64,000 bases of DNA from an uncultured Planctomycetales bacterium (GTDB taxonomy: Bacteria; Planctomycetota; MHYJ01; JACPRB01), in NCBI GenBank assembly GCA_964604905.1, contig CAZSCC010000370.1, forward strand, positions 3,676 through 67,675. The letters run 5' to 3'. The position numbers and the translations under genes were made by a program. The notes below the pieces were generated by a model. That model was given only the letters and a program-made list of their open reading frames with translations, made no database searches and was not told where the DNA came from. Below are positions 37,665 through 45,737 of the stretch, piece by piece; the stretch's first letter is position 1; every line of letters starts with the position of its first letter.

Positions 37665-38996
37665 ATGGCGGACCCTTCGAGACGGCTGGCGGCGCGCGGC
37701 GCGTTCTGGGTCGCCGTCTACGTCGCGGCCGCCCTCTCTCCCCTGGCGGTGGCCGCCCTCGCGACCGCGGCCGCCCCGCGGAGCTGGGTCACCGAGTTCT
37801 CGGTGGCGCTGGGCTTCCTCGCGCTCATGATCTTCGGCCTTCAGTTCGGCCTGGTCGCGCGGTTCCAGCGCGTCTCGGCCCCGTTCGGCATGGACGCGCT
37901 CGTCCAGTACCACCGCCAGATCGCGCTCGTCGCCGTGGCCTTCGCGCTGGTCCACCCGGTCCTGCTCATGATCGAGGATCCCGGGAAACTGAAGCTTCTC
38001 GACGTCGTCCACGCGCCGTGGCGGGCCCGGCACGCCGTGGGCGCCACGGTCGCGCTCCTCCTGGTGGCGGGCCTCTCGGTCTTCCGGAAGCGGATCGGCC
38101 TCTCGTATGAGCGGTGGCAGTTCCTCCACGGCCTCCTGGCGGTCGCGGTGGTGGGGCTCTCGCTCGCCCACGCGGTCGGCGTGGGCTTTTATTCGGGCCG
38201 GCCCGGGACGCGCGCCCTCTGGTGCGCGCTCGCGGGGGGATGGGTCTCGCTCCTGGGCTGGGTCCGGATCGTGAAGCCGCTGCTCCGGTTCCGGAGGCCG
38301 TGGCGGGTCGACGAGGTCCGCGCCGAGCGGGGCGGGGCTTGGACGCTCGTCCTTTCCCCCGTCGGCCACCCCGGTCTGCGGTTCGAGCCCGGCCAGTTCG
38401 CCTGGCTGATCGTGGGCCGTTCGCCCTTCGCGCTGACGCAGCACCCGTTCTCGTTCTCCTCGAGCCCCGACCCGTCGGGGCGCGTGGCGTTCACAATCAA
38501 GGCGCGAGGCGATTTTAGCGGGTCGGTGGCCGGGATCGCGCCCGGGACGCGCGCCTACCTCGATGGGCCGTACGGGCTCTTCACGACGGCGCGGCACGAC
38601 GGTCCGGGGTTCGTGCTGATCGCCGGCGGCGTCGGGATCACGCCCGTCATCTCGATGATCCGCTCGTTGGACGGCGTCAGCGACCCGCGTCCCCTGATCC
38701 TTGTCTACGGCAACAAGGATTGGGAAGGGGTGACGTTCCGGGAGGAGCTGGAGGAGCGGCGGGAGAAGACCGGCCTGAGGCTCGTCCACGTGCTCGAGGC
38801 GCCGCCGGAAGGCTGGACGGGGGAGCGCGGCTTCATCACGGCCGAGCTCCTCCGGCGCCATCTCCCCGCGGGGTTCCAGGGGTTCCGGTACTTCGTCTGC
38901 GGCCCGATTCCGATGATGGACGCGATGGAACGCGAGCTGGTCTCGCTGGGGGTCCCCGACGCGAGCGTCGTCACCGAACGGTTCGACATGGTATAG
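37665..38996 (+). CDS. NOX/ferric-reductase-like transmembrane flavocytochrome (FRD + FAD + NAD(P)H domains)
   Basis: 443 aa with two His-x13-His pairs in TM helices ('YHRQIALVAVAFALVH', 'LHGLLAVAVVGLSLAH'), the 'HPFSFSS' FAD motif and the 'LIAGGVGITP' NAD(P)H motif. Confidence 0.8.
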   Translation: MADPSRRLAARGAFWVAVYVAAALSPLAVAALATAAAPRSWVTEFSVALGFLALMIFGLQFGLVARFQRVSAPFGMDALVQYHRQIALVAVAFALVHPVLLMIEDPGKLKLLDVVHAPWRARHAVGATVALLLVAGLSVFRKRIGLSYERWQFLHGLLAVAVVGLSLAHAVGVGFYSGRPGTRALWCALAGGWVSLLGWVRIVKPLLRFRRPWRVDEVRAERGGAWTLVLSPVGHPGLRFEPGQFAWLIVGRSPFALTQHPFSFSSSPDPSGRVAFTIKARGDFSGSVAGIAPGTRAYLDGPYGLFTTARHDGPGFVLIAGGVGITPVISMIRSLDGVSDPRPLILVYGNKDWEGVTFREELEERREKTGLRLVHVLEAPPEGWTGERGFITAELLRRHLPAGFQGFRYFVCGPIPMMDAMERELVSLGVPDASVVTERFDMV

Positions 38997-38999
38997 AGA

Positions 39000-39098
39000 A
39001 TGAGGAAGACGTGGACGTCGAGGTTCGCGGCGGGGACGGCGCTCCTGCTGCTCCTGGCGGCGGCGCTCTTCGCCTGGCTGCGGAGCCGGGGCGGGTAG
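39000..39098 (+). CDS. possible 32-aa single-TM micro-protein
   Basis: My own reading, below the track's size cut-off: ATG 39000, MRKTWTSRFAAGTALLLLLAAALFAWLRSRGG, TAG 39096-39098. Every third position is G/C. Starts 3 nt after the reductase stop. No clear SD. Confidence 0.3.
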   Translation: MRKTWTSRFAAGTALLLLLAAALFAWLRSRGG

Positions 39099-39123
39099 GA
39101 AGCCCGGATACGGAGGGATCCTC

Positions 39124-39615
39124 ATGGGGAAGCCGCTGCTGATCGGTCTGCTGATCGTGGGGGGAGTGGGAGGCGCGATCTACTGGTTCAACACGCGGCC
39201 GGTCCCCTACGCCGATGAGGAGGGATATTCCATCGGGCTGCCCGCCGGCTGGGAGGCGCGGAAGATCGGCAGCCAGATGGCCGGGAACGGGCCGCTCAGC
39301 GCGGGCGGAGTGGGCAGCGCGATGGCGGCCGTGTACCCCTATCGAGGCGGACAGGCCACTCGCTGGCCCGACGAGGGGAGGGACAGCTTCCTGGTCCTGC
39401 CCGAGTGGAGTCAAGCCACCGAGATCGGCGGGGCGCGCGCGGTCGTGGCGACCTTCCTGGACGGCGGGTGCCGTTGGTTCGGGGCGGCGGTCGACCGGGG
39501 GAACAGCCTCTTGGTCTTCAAGATCGGCTGTTCGCCGGAGCTGTTCGGGAAGCACCGGGCCACGTTCGAGAAGTCGGCGCGCAGCATCCGGCTTGCCCCG
39601 CCACCGTCGCGCTGA
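39124..39615 (+). CDS. hypothetical membrane-anchored protein (163 aa)
   Basis: ATG start with an N-terminal TM (LLIGLLIVGGVGGAIYW). G/C third positions. No family recognised. Confidence 0.5.
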   Translation: MGKPLLIGLLIVGGVGGAIYWFNTRPVPYADEEGYSIGLPAGWEARKIGSQMAGNGPLSAGGVGSAMAAVYPYRGGQATRWPDEGRDSFLVLPEWSQATEIGGARAVVATFLDGGCRWFGAAVDRGNSLLVFKIGCSPELFGKHRATFEKSARSIRLAPPPSR

Positions 39616-39761
39616 GGAGCGCTGCGCGAGCGGTTTCAGCTTCCCGGTCCCTCCGTTCTCTCCCCGCCTTCCGGGCGACGGAACTCCCGGCCGCGACGTA
39701 TATCAAGCAGGCTCGACCCGGTCCGCGCCGGGCGGGGTCGGCCGCTTTGGAGGAGAAGCCC

Positions 39762-40760
39762 ATGCGGCGTTCGTTCCTCGCCCTCGCCGTCCTCGCCGGA
39801 TGTTCAACCGCCCCGCCCTACCCCCCGATTCAGACGGGGGTGCCACCGGCCGGCCTCGCCGGCTTCCGCGTCGACCCCGCGTGGCCGAAGAGACCGGCGG
39901 AGGTGACCTGGGGGGAGTGTTCCGGGGTGGCCGTCGATGCGAAGGACAACGTCTGGCTTTTCACGCGGAACGCGCCGTTCGTCCAGGTCTACGCCCCGGA
40001 CGGGACGCCCGTCCGGCCGTGGCCCGAGATCGAGCACAAGCGGGCCCACCACATCCGGATCGACCCCGAGGGGAACGTCTGGCTCACCGACGTCGGTCTC
40101 CACACGGTGCGGAAATACACCCCCGGGGGGAAGCTCCTCCTCTCGCTCGGCACGCCGGACGTCCCGGGCAACGACGCGACCCACTTCAACATGCCCACGG
40201 ACGTCGCCGTGACGCGGGCCGGGGACGTCTTCGTCTCGGACGGCTATGGAAACAACAGGGTGGCCCACTTCGACAAGACGGGGACGTTCGTCAAGGCCTG
40301 GGGGAAGAAGGGGAACGGCCCCGGCGAGTTCAACCTGCCCCACTCGATCGCCGCGGACTCGAAGGGCCGGCTCTACGTCGGCGACCGCAACAACATGCGT
40401 ATGCAGGTGTTCGAGCAGGACGGCACGTTCGTCGCGCAGTGGCGGAATCTCCTGAGCCCCTGGGGGATCTGCGTCACCCCGAAGGACGAGATCTGGGCCT
40501 GCGGCCCCTCACCGTCCATCTCGGCGAACGCGACGGGGAACGCGGCCATCCCGCCGCACGACCAGGTGCTTGCGCGGTTCGACACGACGGGCCGGCTCCT
40601 CCAGCTCTGGTGTCCCCCCAAGGGGGCGGACGGGGCGGAGAAGCCGGGCGACCTCAACTGGGTGCACGCCGTGGCGGTGGACTCGAAGGGAAACCTCTAC
40701 GTCACCGACATCCGGGGGCGGCGGCTTCAGCGCTTCATGCCCCTCGTGACCGGTCCGTGA
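39762..40760 (+). CDS. NHL-repeat beta-propeller lipoprotein, peptidylamidoglycolate-lyase (PAL)-like
   Basis: ATG 39762 is preceded by GGAGGAG. Signal + 'LAGCS'. Repeated 'H.i.vD..GnvWvtD' and 'f..P..vAv...G.vfVsDGY.N.Rv..Fd..G' NHL blades. Confidence 0.7.
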   Translation: MRRSFLALAVLAGCSTAPPYPPIQTGVPPAGLAGFRVDPAWPKRPAEVTWGECSGVAVDAKDNVWLFTRNAPFVQVYAPDGTPVRPWPEIEHKRAHHIRIDPEGNVWLTDVGLHTVRKYTPGGKLLLSLGTPDVPGNDATHFNMPTDVAVTRAGDVFVSDGYGNNRVAHFDKTGTFVKAWGKKGNGPGEFNLPHSIAADSKGRLYVGDRNNMRMQVFEQDGTFVAQWRNLLSPWGICVTPKDEIWACGPSPSISANATGNAAIPPHDQVLARFDTTGRLLQLWCPPKGADGAEKPGDLNWVHAVAVDSKGNLYVTDIRGRRLQRFMPLVTGP

Positions 40761-40840
40761 ATCGGGGGTGAGATCAGACCTGCCCCTTCCCGTGCGTATG
40801 GGCCCCGTCTGGAAGGACCCTGCTCGCGCGCGGGGACGCC

Positions 40841-41854
40841 CTACTTGATCGCCAGGACCGTGTCGACGACCGAGCCCGTCTCGCGGGCCTGAACGTCCCT
40901 GAAGCCGGCTTCGAGCAGGATCGCGCGGTACTCCGCGGCGTTGCGCTCCTTCCCCTCCGTGCAGACGAGCATGTTGAGGGACTGGAGCTGGCCCTTGAGC
41001 GGGCCGGTCTTGTCGTCGTTGAGCAGCCGTTCGGCGATGAGGAGGCCGCCGCCCGCCGGCAGCCGCGCGCAGATCTTCGAGAGCAGAACCCTGATCTTCT
41101 CCGCCGACCAGTCGTGGAGGATGCGGCCGAGCGCGAAGAGGTCGGCCTCCGGCAGCGGGTCCTTGAAGAAGTCGCCCGCGACGACGCCGAGCCGCGCCCT
41201 GTCCGGCGAGGCGTCGATGAATTCCCGCGCGACCCCGACGACGGGCGGCAGGTCGAAGATCGTGCCTCTCAGCTCCGGGTAGCGCCGTACCGCCTCGATC
41301 GCGAGGTGGCCGGTGGCGCCGCCCAGGTCGACCAGGTGCCTGAAGCGGCCCAGGTCGAACATCTCGACGACGCGGGGCGAGCTCAGCATCCCCATCCCGT
41401 GCATGCCCATCAGGAAGGTGCGCTTCGCCTCCTCGGACTTGAAGAAGTGGGCGAAGATGTCGCCCTTGAGGCCGTAGGTGGTCTCCCACAGGTGGACGCC
41501 CTTGCGGATCGCGGTCTCCAGGTCGCCCCACATCCGATAGCCGACGCGGTTGGAGTAGTCGATGTAGCCGACCAGCGCCCGGGGGCTGGAGCGGACGAGA
41601 TAGGCCGAGGCGACGGGGAGGTTCGAATAGGCGCCGTCCTTCTTCCCGAGCAGCCCGCTGCCGACGCAGGCGTCCAGCAGGCGTTCGGCGCCATCGGCGT
41701 CGAGCGAGAGTTCGCGCGCGAGCGCGTCGGCCTTCGCCGGCCCGCGCTGCAGCCGTTCGAAGACGCCCAGTTCCAGCGCGGCGAACATCGCCTTCGAGCG
41801 GCGGAAGCCGTCCAGGGATTCCAGGACCGGCGACGGATCGACGGGATCGGCCAT
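40841..41854 (-). CDS. class I SAM-dependent O-methyltransferase (dimerisation domain + Methyltransf_2 type, ASMT/COMT-like)
   Basis: 337 aa. N-terminal winged-helix dimerisation region, the SAM motif 'LVDLGGATGHLA', 'IFDLPPVV' and 'ILHDWS'. Confidence 0.85.
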   Translation of the reverse strand: MADPVDPSPVLESLDGFRRSKAMFAALELGVFERLQRGPAKADALARELSLDADGAERLLDACVGSGLLGKKDGAYSNLPVASAYLVRSSPRALVGYIDYSNRVGYRMWGDLETAIRKGVHLWETTYGLKGDIFAHFFKSEEAKRTFLMGMHGMGMLSSPRVVEMFDLGRFRHLVDLGGATGHLAIEAVRRYPELRGTIFDLPPVVGVAREFIDASPDRARLGVVAGDFFKDPLPEADLFALGRILHDWSAEKIRVLLSKICARLPAGGGLLIAERLLNDDKTGPLKGQLQSLNMLVCTEGKERNAAEYRAILLEAGFRDVQARETGSVVDTVLAIK

Positions 41855-41978
41855 GCGTTCACCTCGGAACGGAGGATAGTAAAAAGAGACGGGGATGAGA
41901 AGCGGGAAGAGGAGGGGAGGGGGTGGACTCCGGGCCGCCTTCCGCCCTTCTCGTCGGATGTCAGGGCCGCGGCCCCCG

Positions 41979-44558
41979 CTAGTCCGTCACCTGGCGGCGG
42001 GCGAGGCGGATGACGTTCTCGCAGCTGGCACGCTCGGGATGGCCCGCCTGGAGCGCGCGCTCCATGGCGGAGATCGCCTCGCGCCAGCGCCGGGTGTTGT
42101 AGGCCGTGGCCCCCAGGTTGAACCAGCCGGAGTGGAAGCCGGGGGCCATCGAGGTGGACTTCCGGAAATCCTCGTACGCCCCCTCCATGTCGCCGGTCTT
42201 GGAGCGGAGCGCGCCGCGGAGGTAGACCGGATAGTAGTGAGCGGGGTTGAGTCCCATCGATCGGTCGAGCTCCGACCGCGCCTCCTCGTATCGCTCCAGC
42301 TGCCCCAGCATGGCCGCGCGGTTCATCCGGCAGATGAAGGAGTCGGGGTTGATCTTCAAGCCCTGCTCGTACCACTCCAGGGCCTTGGCCGGGTCGGCGC
42401 CGGCGGCCGCCTGCCCCATGAACCAGCAGGCCAGCGCGTCGTCGGGCCGCAGCGCATGGGCCACGCGCACGTCCTCCATCGCGAGCTTGGCGTTCCCGCC
42501 CTGCTTGTAGACGTACCCGCGCATCATCCGCGCCTCGTAGTAGTTCGGCCGCAGCCGGATGGCCTCCGAATAGGCCTCCACCGCCGAGCGGAGCATGAGG
42601 GCCTGCGGCTCGTTCAGGTTCCCCTCGATGACCGAGCCCGCCCCGAAGTAGAGGGCGTCCCCCTTGAGCTTCCAGAGCTCCTCCTGCTCGCGCTTCTCCT
42701 TCAGGCGCCGGTCGCAGAGGCGCAGGCACTCCTCGAGCTTCCCCTCGGCGAAGGCCACCCAGGCTTCGTCGGCCATCACGATCTTGGCCTGGTCCTTCCC
42801 CTTCGCGAAGGGCCGGGCGACCTCCTCGCTCCATTCCCAGCCCAGGTGGAAGCGCGCCTCGATGTACCGCTGGAGGAGGAGCTTCCCGCGCTCCGTGCGC
42901 GCCGCCGCGAAGTCCGGCCGGAGCTCGATCGCCCGGGCGAAGTCGCGGTCCGCCTCGTCGGTCTCGAACCGGAAGGCCCGGGCGCGGCCGCGCGAGTGGA
43001 GGGCGTCGGGATTCTCCGGCCACTTCCCCAGGGACTCCGTGAAGGCCGCGATCGCGGTGACAAGCCGGGCGCGGGTCTTGACGAGGTCAGTCCCATGCCG
43101 GTAGAGGTCCTTCACGGCCTCGTCAAGCTCGTCCTGGCCCCGCTGGTAGGCAGGGCGCGCGGCGTCCCGGAGGGCGGCGCGGGCCTTCTCCTCGGCAGTG
43201 GCCCTCTCGGCGCGTACCTTGGCCTCCTCGGCGGCCACCTTGCCTTTTTCCGACGCGGCGCCCTTCTCCGACGCGAGCCGCATCTGCTTGCGGCACTCCT
43301 CGAGCTTCAGCTTGATGTCGGCGTTCTCGCGGTCGAGCTCGAGGGCCCGGCTGTAGAGCTCGAGGGCCTTCTGGTACTGGCGCTGCCCGTATTCGGCGTC
43401 CCCCTGGCGGAGGTGGGCGTCCCGGGCGGAGGCGCGCTGGGAGAGCCAGGCTCCGCCCGCGAAAGCCAGGAAGAGGAGGGCGACGGCGCCGGCGGCGATC
43501 GCCTTATGGCGGCGGAGGAGCCGCTTGGCGCGGGTGAACGTCGAGGCCGGGCGGGCGACGATCGATTCGCCCTTGAGGAAGCGCTCGAGGTCGTCGGCGA
43601 ACGCCTTCGCGCTGGGGTAGCGCCGGCGGGGGTCCTTGTCCATGGCGCGGACGACGATCGTCTCGACGTCCGCGGGGACGCTGGCCAGGCGGGAGGGCGG
43701 GATCGCCTCCTCGTCCACGACCCGGCGGAGGATCTGCGCGGCGCTCTCGCCGCGGAAGGGGGGCCGGCCCGTCACGAGCTCGTAAAGGACGGCGCCCAGC
43801 TGGTAGATGTCGCTCCGGGGGCCGATCTGGCCGGTCAGGCCCTCGGCCTGCTCGGGGGACATGTAGCTCGGGGTGCCGACGACCATGCCGGAAATCGTGA
43901 GCCGGGCGGCGTCCTTCATCGACTTGGCCAGGCCGAAGTCGAGGATCGTGGGCTTGTCGTCCGAGTCGAGGAGGATGTTCCCCGGCTTGAGGTCGCGGTG
44001 GATGATGGAGTGCCGGTGGGCGAAGTCGAGGGCGAGGGCGACCTGGTGCATGATCTCGCAGGCGCGGCGGACGCCGAGCTTGAGGCCGTGGAGGTTCTGT
44101 CCTTCCACGTACTCCATCGAGATGTACGGCTTCCCGTCGGCCTCGCCGACCTCGTAGATCGAGGCGATGTTGGGATGCTTGAGGGAGGCGGCGGTCTGGG
44201 CCTCCCGCTGGAACCGTTTCAGGTCCTCGTCCGAGCCCGGGAGGATGAGGAACTTGACGGCGACCCAGCGTTTGAGGGAACTGTCCCAGGCCTTGTAGAC
44301 GACACCCATGCCGCCCCGTCCCAGCTCGCGGAGGAGGATGTATTTCCCGATCCGGTTGCGCGGGTCTTCGGCGGCGCGGGAGACCTCGGCGGGCGTATCG
44401 GCGCGGACGGTCTTGGCCTCGGCGGGGTCGAGGAGGTCGCCTCCGCAGTCGCGGGAGAGGCAGCGGTATTTCCGGGAGGGATCGTAGCCCTTGACGGTCT
44501 GGGCGGTGCCGCAGCGCAGGCAGTGGAGCTGGACGGGGGCTCCCGAGGGCATAGGCAT
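41979..44558 (-). CDS. Ser/Thr protein kinase with N-terminal zinc-ribbon, one TM and a long TPR domain
   Basis: 859 aa. 'LHCLRCG...RCLSRDCGG', 'GRGGMGVVYKA', 'HRDLKPGNILL', 'DFGLAK' and 'GTPSYMSPEQ', then a TM and many TPR units. Confidence 0.9.
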   Translation of the reverse strand: MPMPSGAPVQLHCLRCGTAQTVKGYDPSRKYRCLSRDCGGDLLDPAEAKTVRADTPAEVSRAAEDPRNRIGKYILLRELGRGGMGVVYKAWDSSLKRWVAVKFLILPGSDEDLKRFQREAQTAASLKHPNIASIYEVGEADGKPYISMEYVEGQNLHGLKLGVRRACEIMHQVALALDFAHRHSIIHRDLKPGNILLDSDDKPTILDFGLAKSMKDAARLTISGMVVGTPSYMSPEQAEGLTGQIGPRSDIYQLGAVLYELVTGRPPFRGESAAQILRRVVDEEAIPPSRLASVPADVETIVVRAMDKDPRRRYPSAKAFADDLERFLKGESIVARPASTFTRAKRLLRRHKAIAAGAVALLFLAFAGGAWLSQRASARDAHLRQGDAEYGQRQYQKALELYSRALELDRENADIKLKLEECRKQMRLASEKGAASEKGKVAAEEAKVRAERATAEEKARAALRDAARPAYQRGQDELDEAVKDLYRHGTDLVKTRARLVTAIAAFTESLGKWPENPDALHSRGRARAFRFETDEADRDFARAIELRPDFAAARTERGKLLLQRYIEARFHLGWEWSEEVARPFAKGKDQAKIVMADEAWVAFAEGKLEECLRLCDRRLKEKREQEELWKLKGDALYFGAGSVIEGNLNEPQALMLRSAVEAYSEAIRLRPNYYEARMMRGYVYKQGGNAKLAMEDVRVAHALRPDDALACWFMGQAAAGADPAKALEWYEQGLKINPDSFICRMNRAAMLGQLERYEEARSELDRSMGLNPAHYYPVYLRGALRSKTGDMEGAYEDFRKSTSMAPGFHSGWFNLGATAYNTRRWREAISAMERALQAGHPERASCENVIRLARRQVTD

Positions 44559-44656
44559 ATTTTATGACGTGCGGCGGATCGAGGATAGTAACTTTATCGC
44601 GCGGCAGGGTCGAGAAGGGGGAAGCGAGGGACGATCAGGCCGGGAGGTCCCCCCGT

Positions 44657-44998
44657 TCAGTCCGCCAGCACCCTGGTCGGGTCCGCCTTCGGAACGAGCT
44701 TCTGGCCGAGGCCGAGGCACGCCTTGCAGGGCACCGCGACCCGGCGGAAGGCGAGGCCGCGTCCCTCGCAGAGCGCGCACGGCGCCGCCGAACAGATGTC
44801 CTCGACGGCCGGCGGCTTCCGGAGCGGCTCGCACGTGGGACAGTCGATGAACCCGTTGGGGCAGGCCGAGCACTTCCGGGCGGGCTCGGTCCCCGCGCCC
44901 TTGCAGGTCGCGCAAAGGAGGCTTCCCCCGCCGCTCCCGCCCCCGCCCGACTTGCTCAGTCCGCCCCCCTGGCACGCGGTGCAGACGCCCCTGATCAC
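44657..44998 (-). CDS. Cys-rich protein with six CxxC(xGxG) DnaJ-type zinc-finger motifs; the true 5' end is probably ATG 45125 in another frame (frameshift)
   Basis: The track ORF starts at GTG 44998. Motifs: CTACQGGG, CATCKGAG, CSACPNG, CPTCEP, CALCEGRG, CKACLGLG. An SD + ATG at 45125 opens a coding-looking frame that is offset by one base relative to this one. Confidence 0.5.
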   Translation of the reverse strand: MIRGVCTACQGGGLSKSGGGGSGGGSLLCATCKGAGTEPARKCSACPNGFIDCPTCEPLRKPPAVEDICSAAPCALCEGRGLAFRRVAVPCKACLGLGQKLVPKADPTRVLAD

Positions 44999-45137
44999 CC
45001 CGCGGACGGGGAGGAACGGGCATGAGCGGGCTCACGGCGGCGGTCTTCCTCTTGGCGAGTCTCTCCGTTTCCGCCCGGCACGCGCCGCAGGAACGGCCGC
45101 GCCACAAGACCCCCTTCCGCGTCATCAACCTCCACGC

Positions 45138-45506
45138 CTAGACTTTCCCCTCTACAAAGGACTTGAGCCGTACGGCGTCATCCACGCCCTGGAGCGCACG
45201 CGCACCATCGGTGAGCAGGGGCTTTCGGAGCAGGTTGGGGATCTTCGCGAGGATGTCGAGGAGTTGCTCGTCGGGGAGCGTCTTTCCGGCGAGGTTCTGC
45301 TGGTACTCGGGGGAGTCCGTCCTGGGGGTCACCATTTCGCGGGCGCCTCCGGGCGTCCCTTTGGCGATCTGCCCCAACACCTCCCGGCTCGGCGGTTGGG
45401 TCAGGATGTCGAGCACGTCGACTTCGATCTTGTTCTGCGAAAGCCACGCCTTCGCGTTCTCGCAGGCGCCTCAACCCTTCTTGTAGTAAAGCGTCAGTCT
45501 GGCCAT
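45138..45506 (-). CDS. ArsC/Spx/YffB-family thiol oxidoreductase with in-frame TGA at the catalytic Cys position (candidate selenoprotein, U-G-A-C motif)
   Basis: ATG 45506 with GGAGGG 6 nt upstream. MARLTLYYKKG-[TGA 45473-45471]-GACENAKAWLSQNKIEVDVLDILTQPPSRE... is in frame with track ORF 45138..45416 (GTG). The full length parallels ArsC (IYHNPACGTSRN...ENPPSRDEL...INRPIV). Confidence 0.6.
45435..45465 (-). promoter_or_regulatory. SECIS-like mRNA hairpin downstream of the in-frame UGA
   Basis: The mRNA from +6 to +36 after UGA reads CUGCGAGA-ACGC-GAAG-GCGU-GGC-UUUCGCAG. It forms an 8-bp lower stem (one G-U), a 3-nt bulge, a 4-bp upper stem and a GAAG apical loop starting 18 nt after the UGA. 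Confidence 0.45.
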
Positions 45507-45525
45507 GTCCGACCCTCCATTCCAC

Positions 45526-45553
45526 ATTGTAGGCGGGACCGTCGCATCGGCAA
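45526..45553 (-). promoter_or_regulatory. sigma70-like promoter candidate for the ArsC-like gene
   Basis: Minus strand TTGCCG (45553-45548), 16-nt spacer, TACAAT (45531-45526), about 20 nt upstream of the ATG. Confidence 0.4.
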
Positions 45554-45570
45554 GCTATTGCCTCGCAGCC

Positions 45571-45737
45571 CTAGGGAGCGATCTCCTTGAGGAAGGTGAC
45601 AGACTCGCGGATCACGGAGTCCACGATCTGCATATGACCCTTGTCCGTGTAGTGCAGGAACTTGTGCGGAGCGCCAGCCTTCCGGAGGGTCTCTGCCATG
45701 TCCACCGCCTGCTTGATGGGAACCGACTTGTCGTCGT
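45571..45737 (-). pseudogene. 3' remnant of an alpha/beta-hydrolase (dienelactone-hydrolase / S9 peptidase-like) gene
   Basis: The minus frame reads ...SHDDKSVPIKQAVDMAETLRKAGAPHKFLHYTDKGHMQIVDSVIRESVTFLKEIAP* (stop 45573-45571), which holds the catalytic Asp/His region only. The upstream part is replaced by the 72-bp repeat. Confidence 0.5.
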
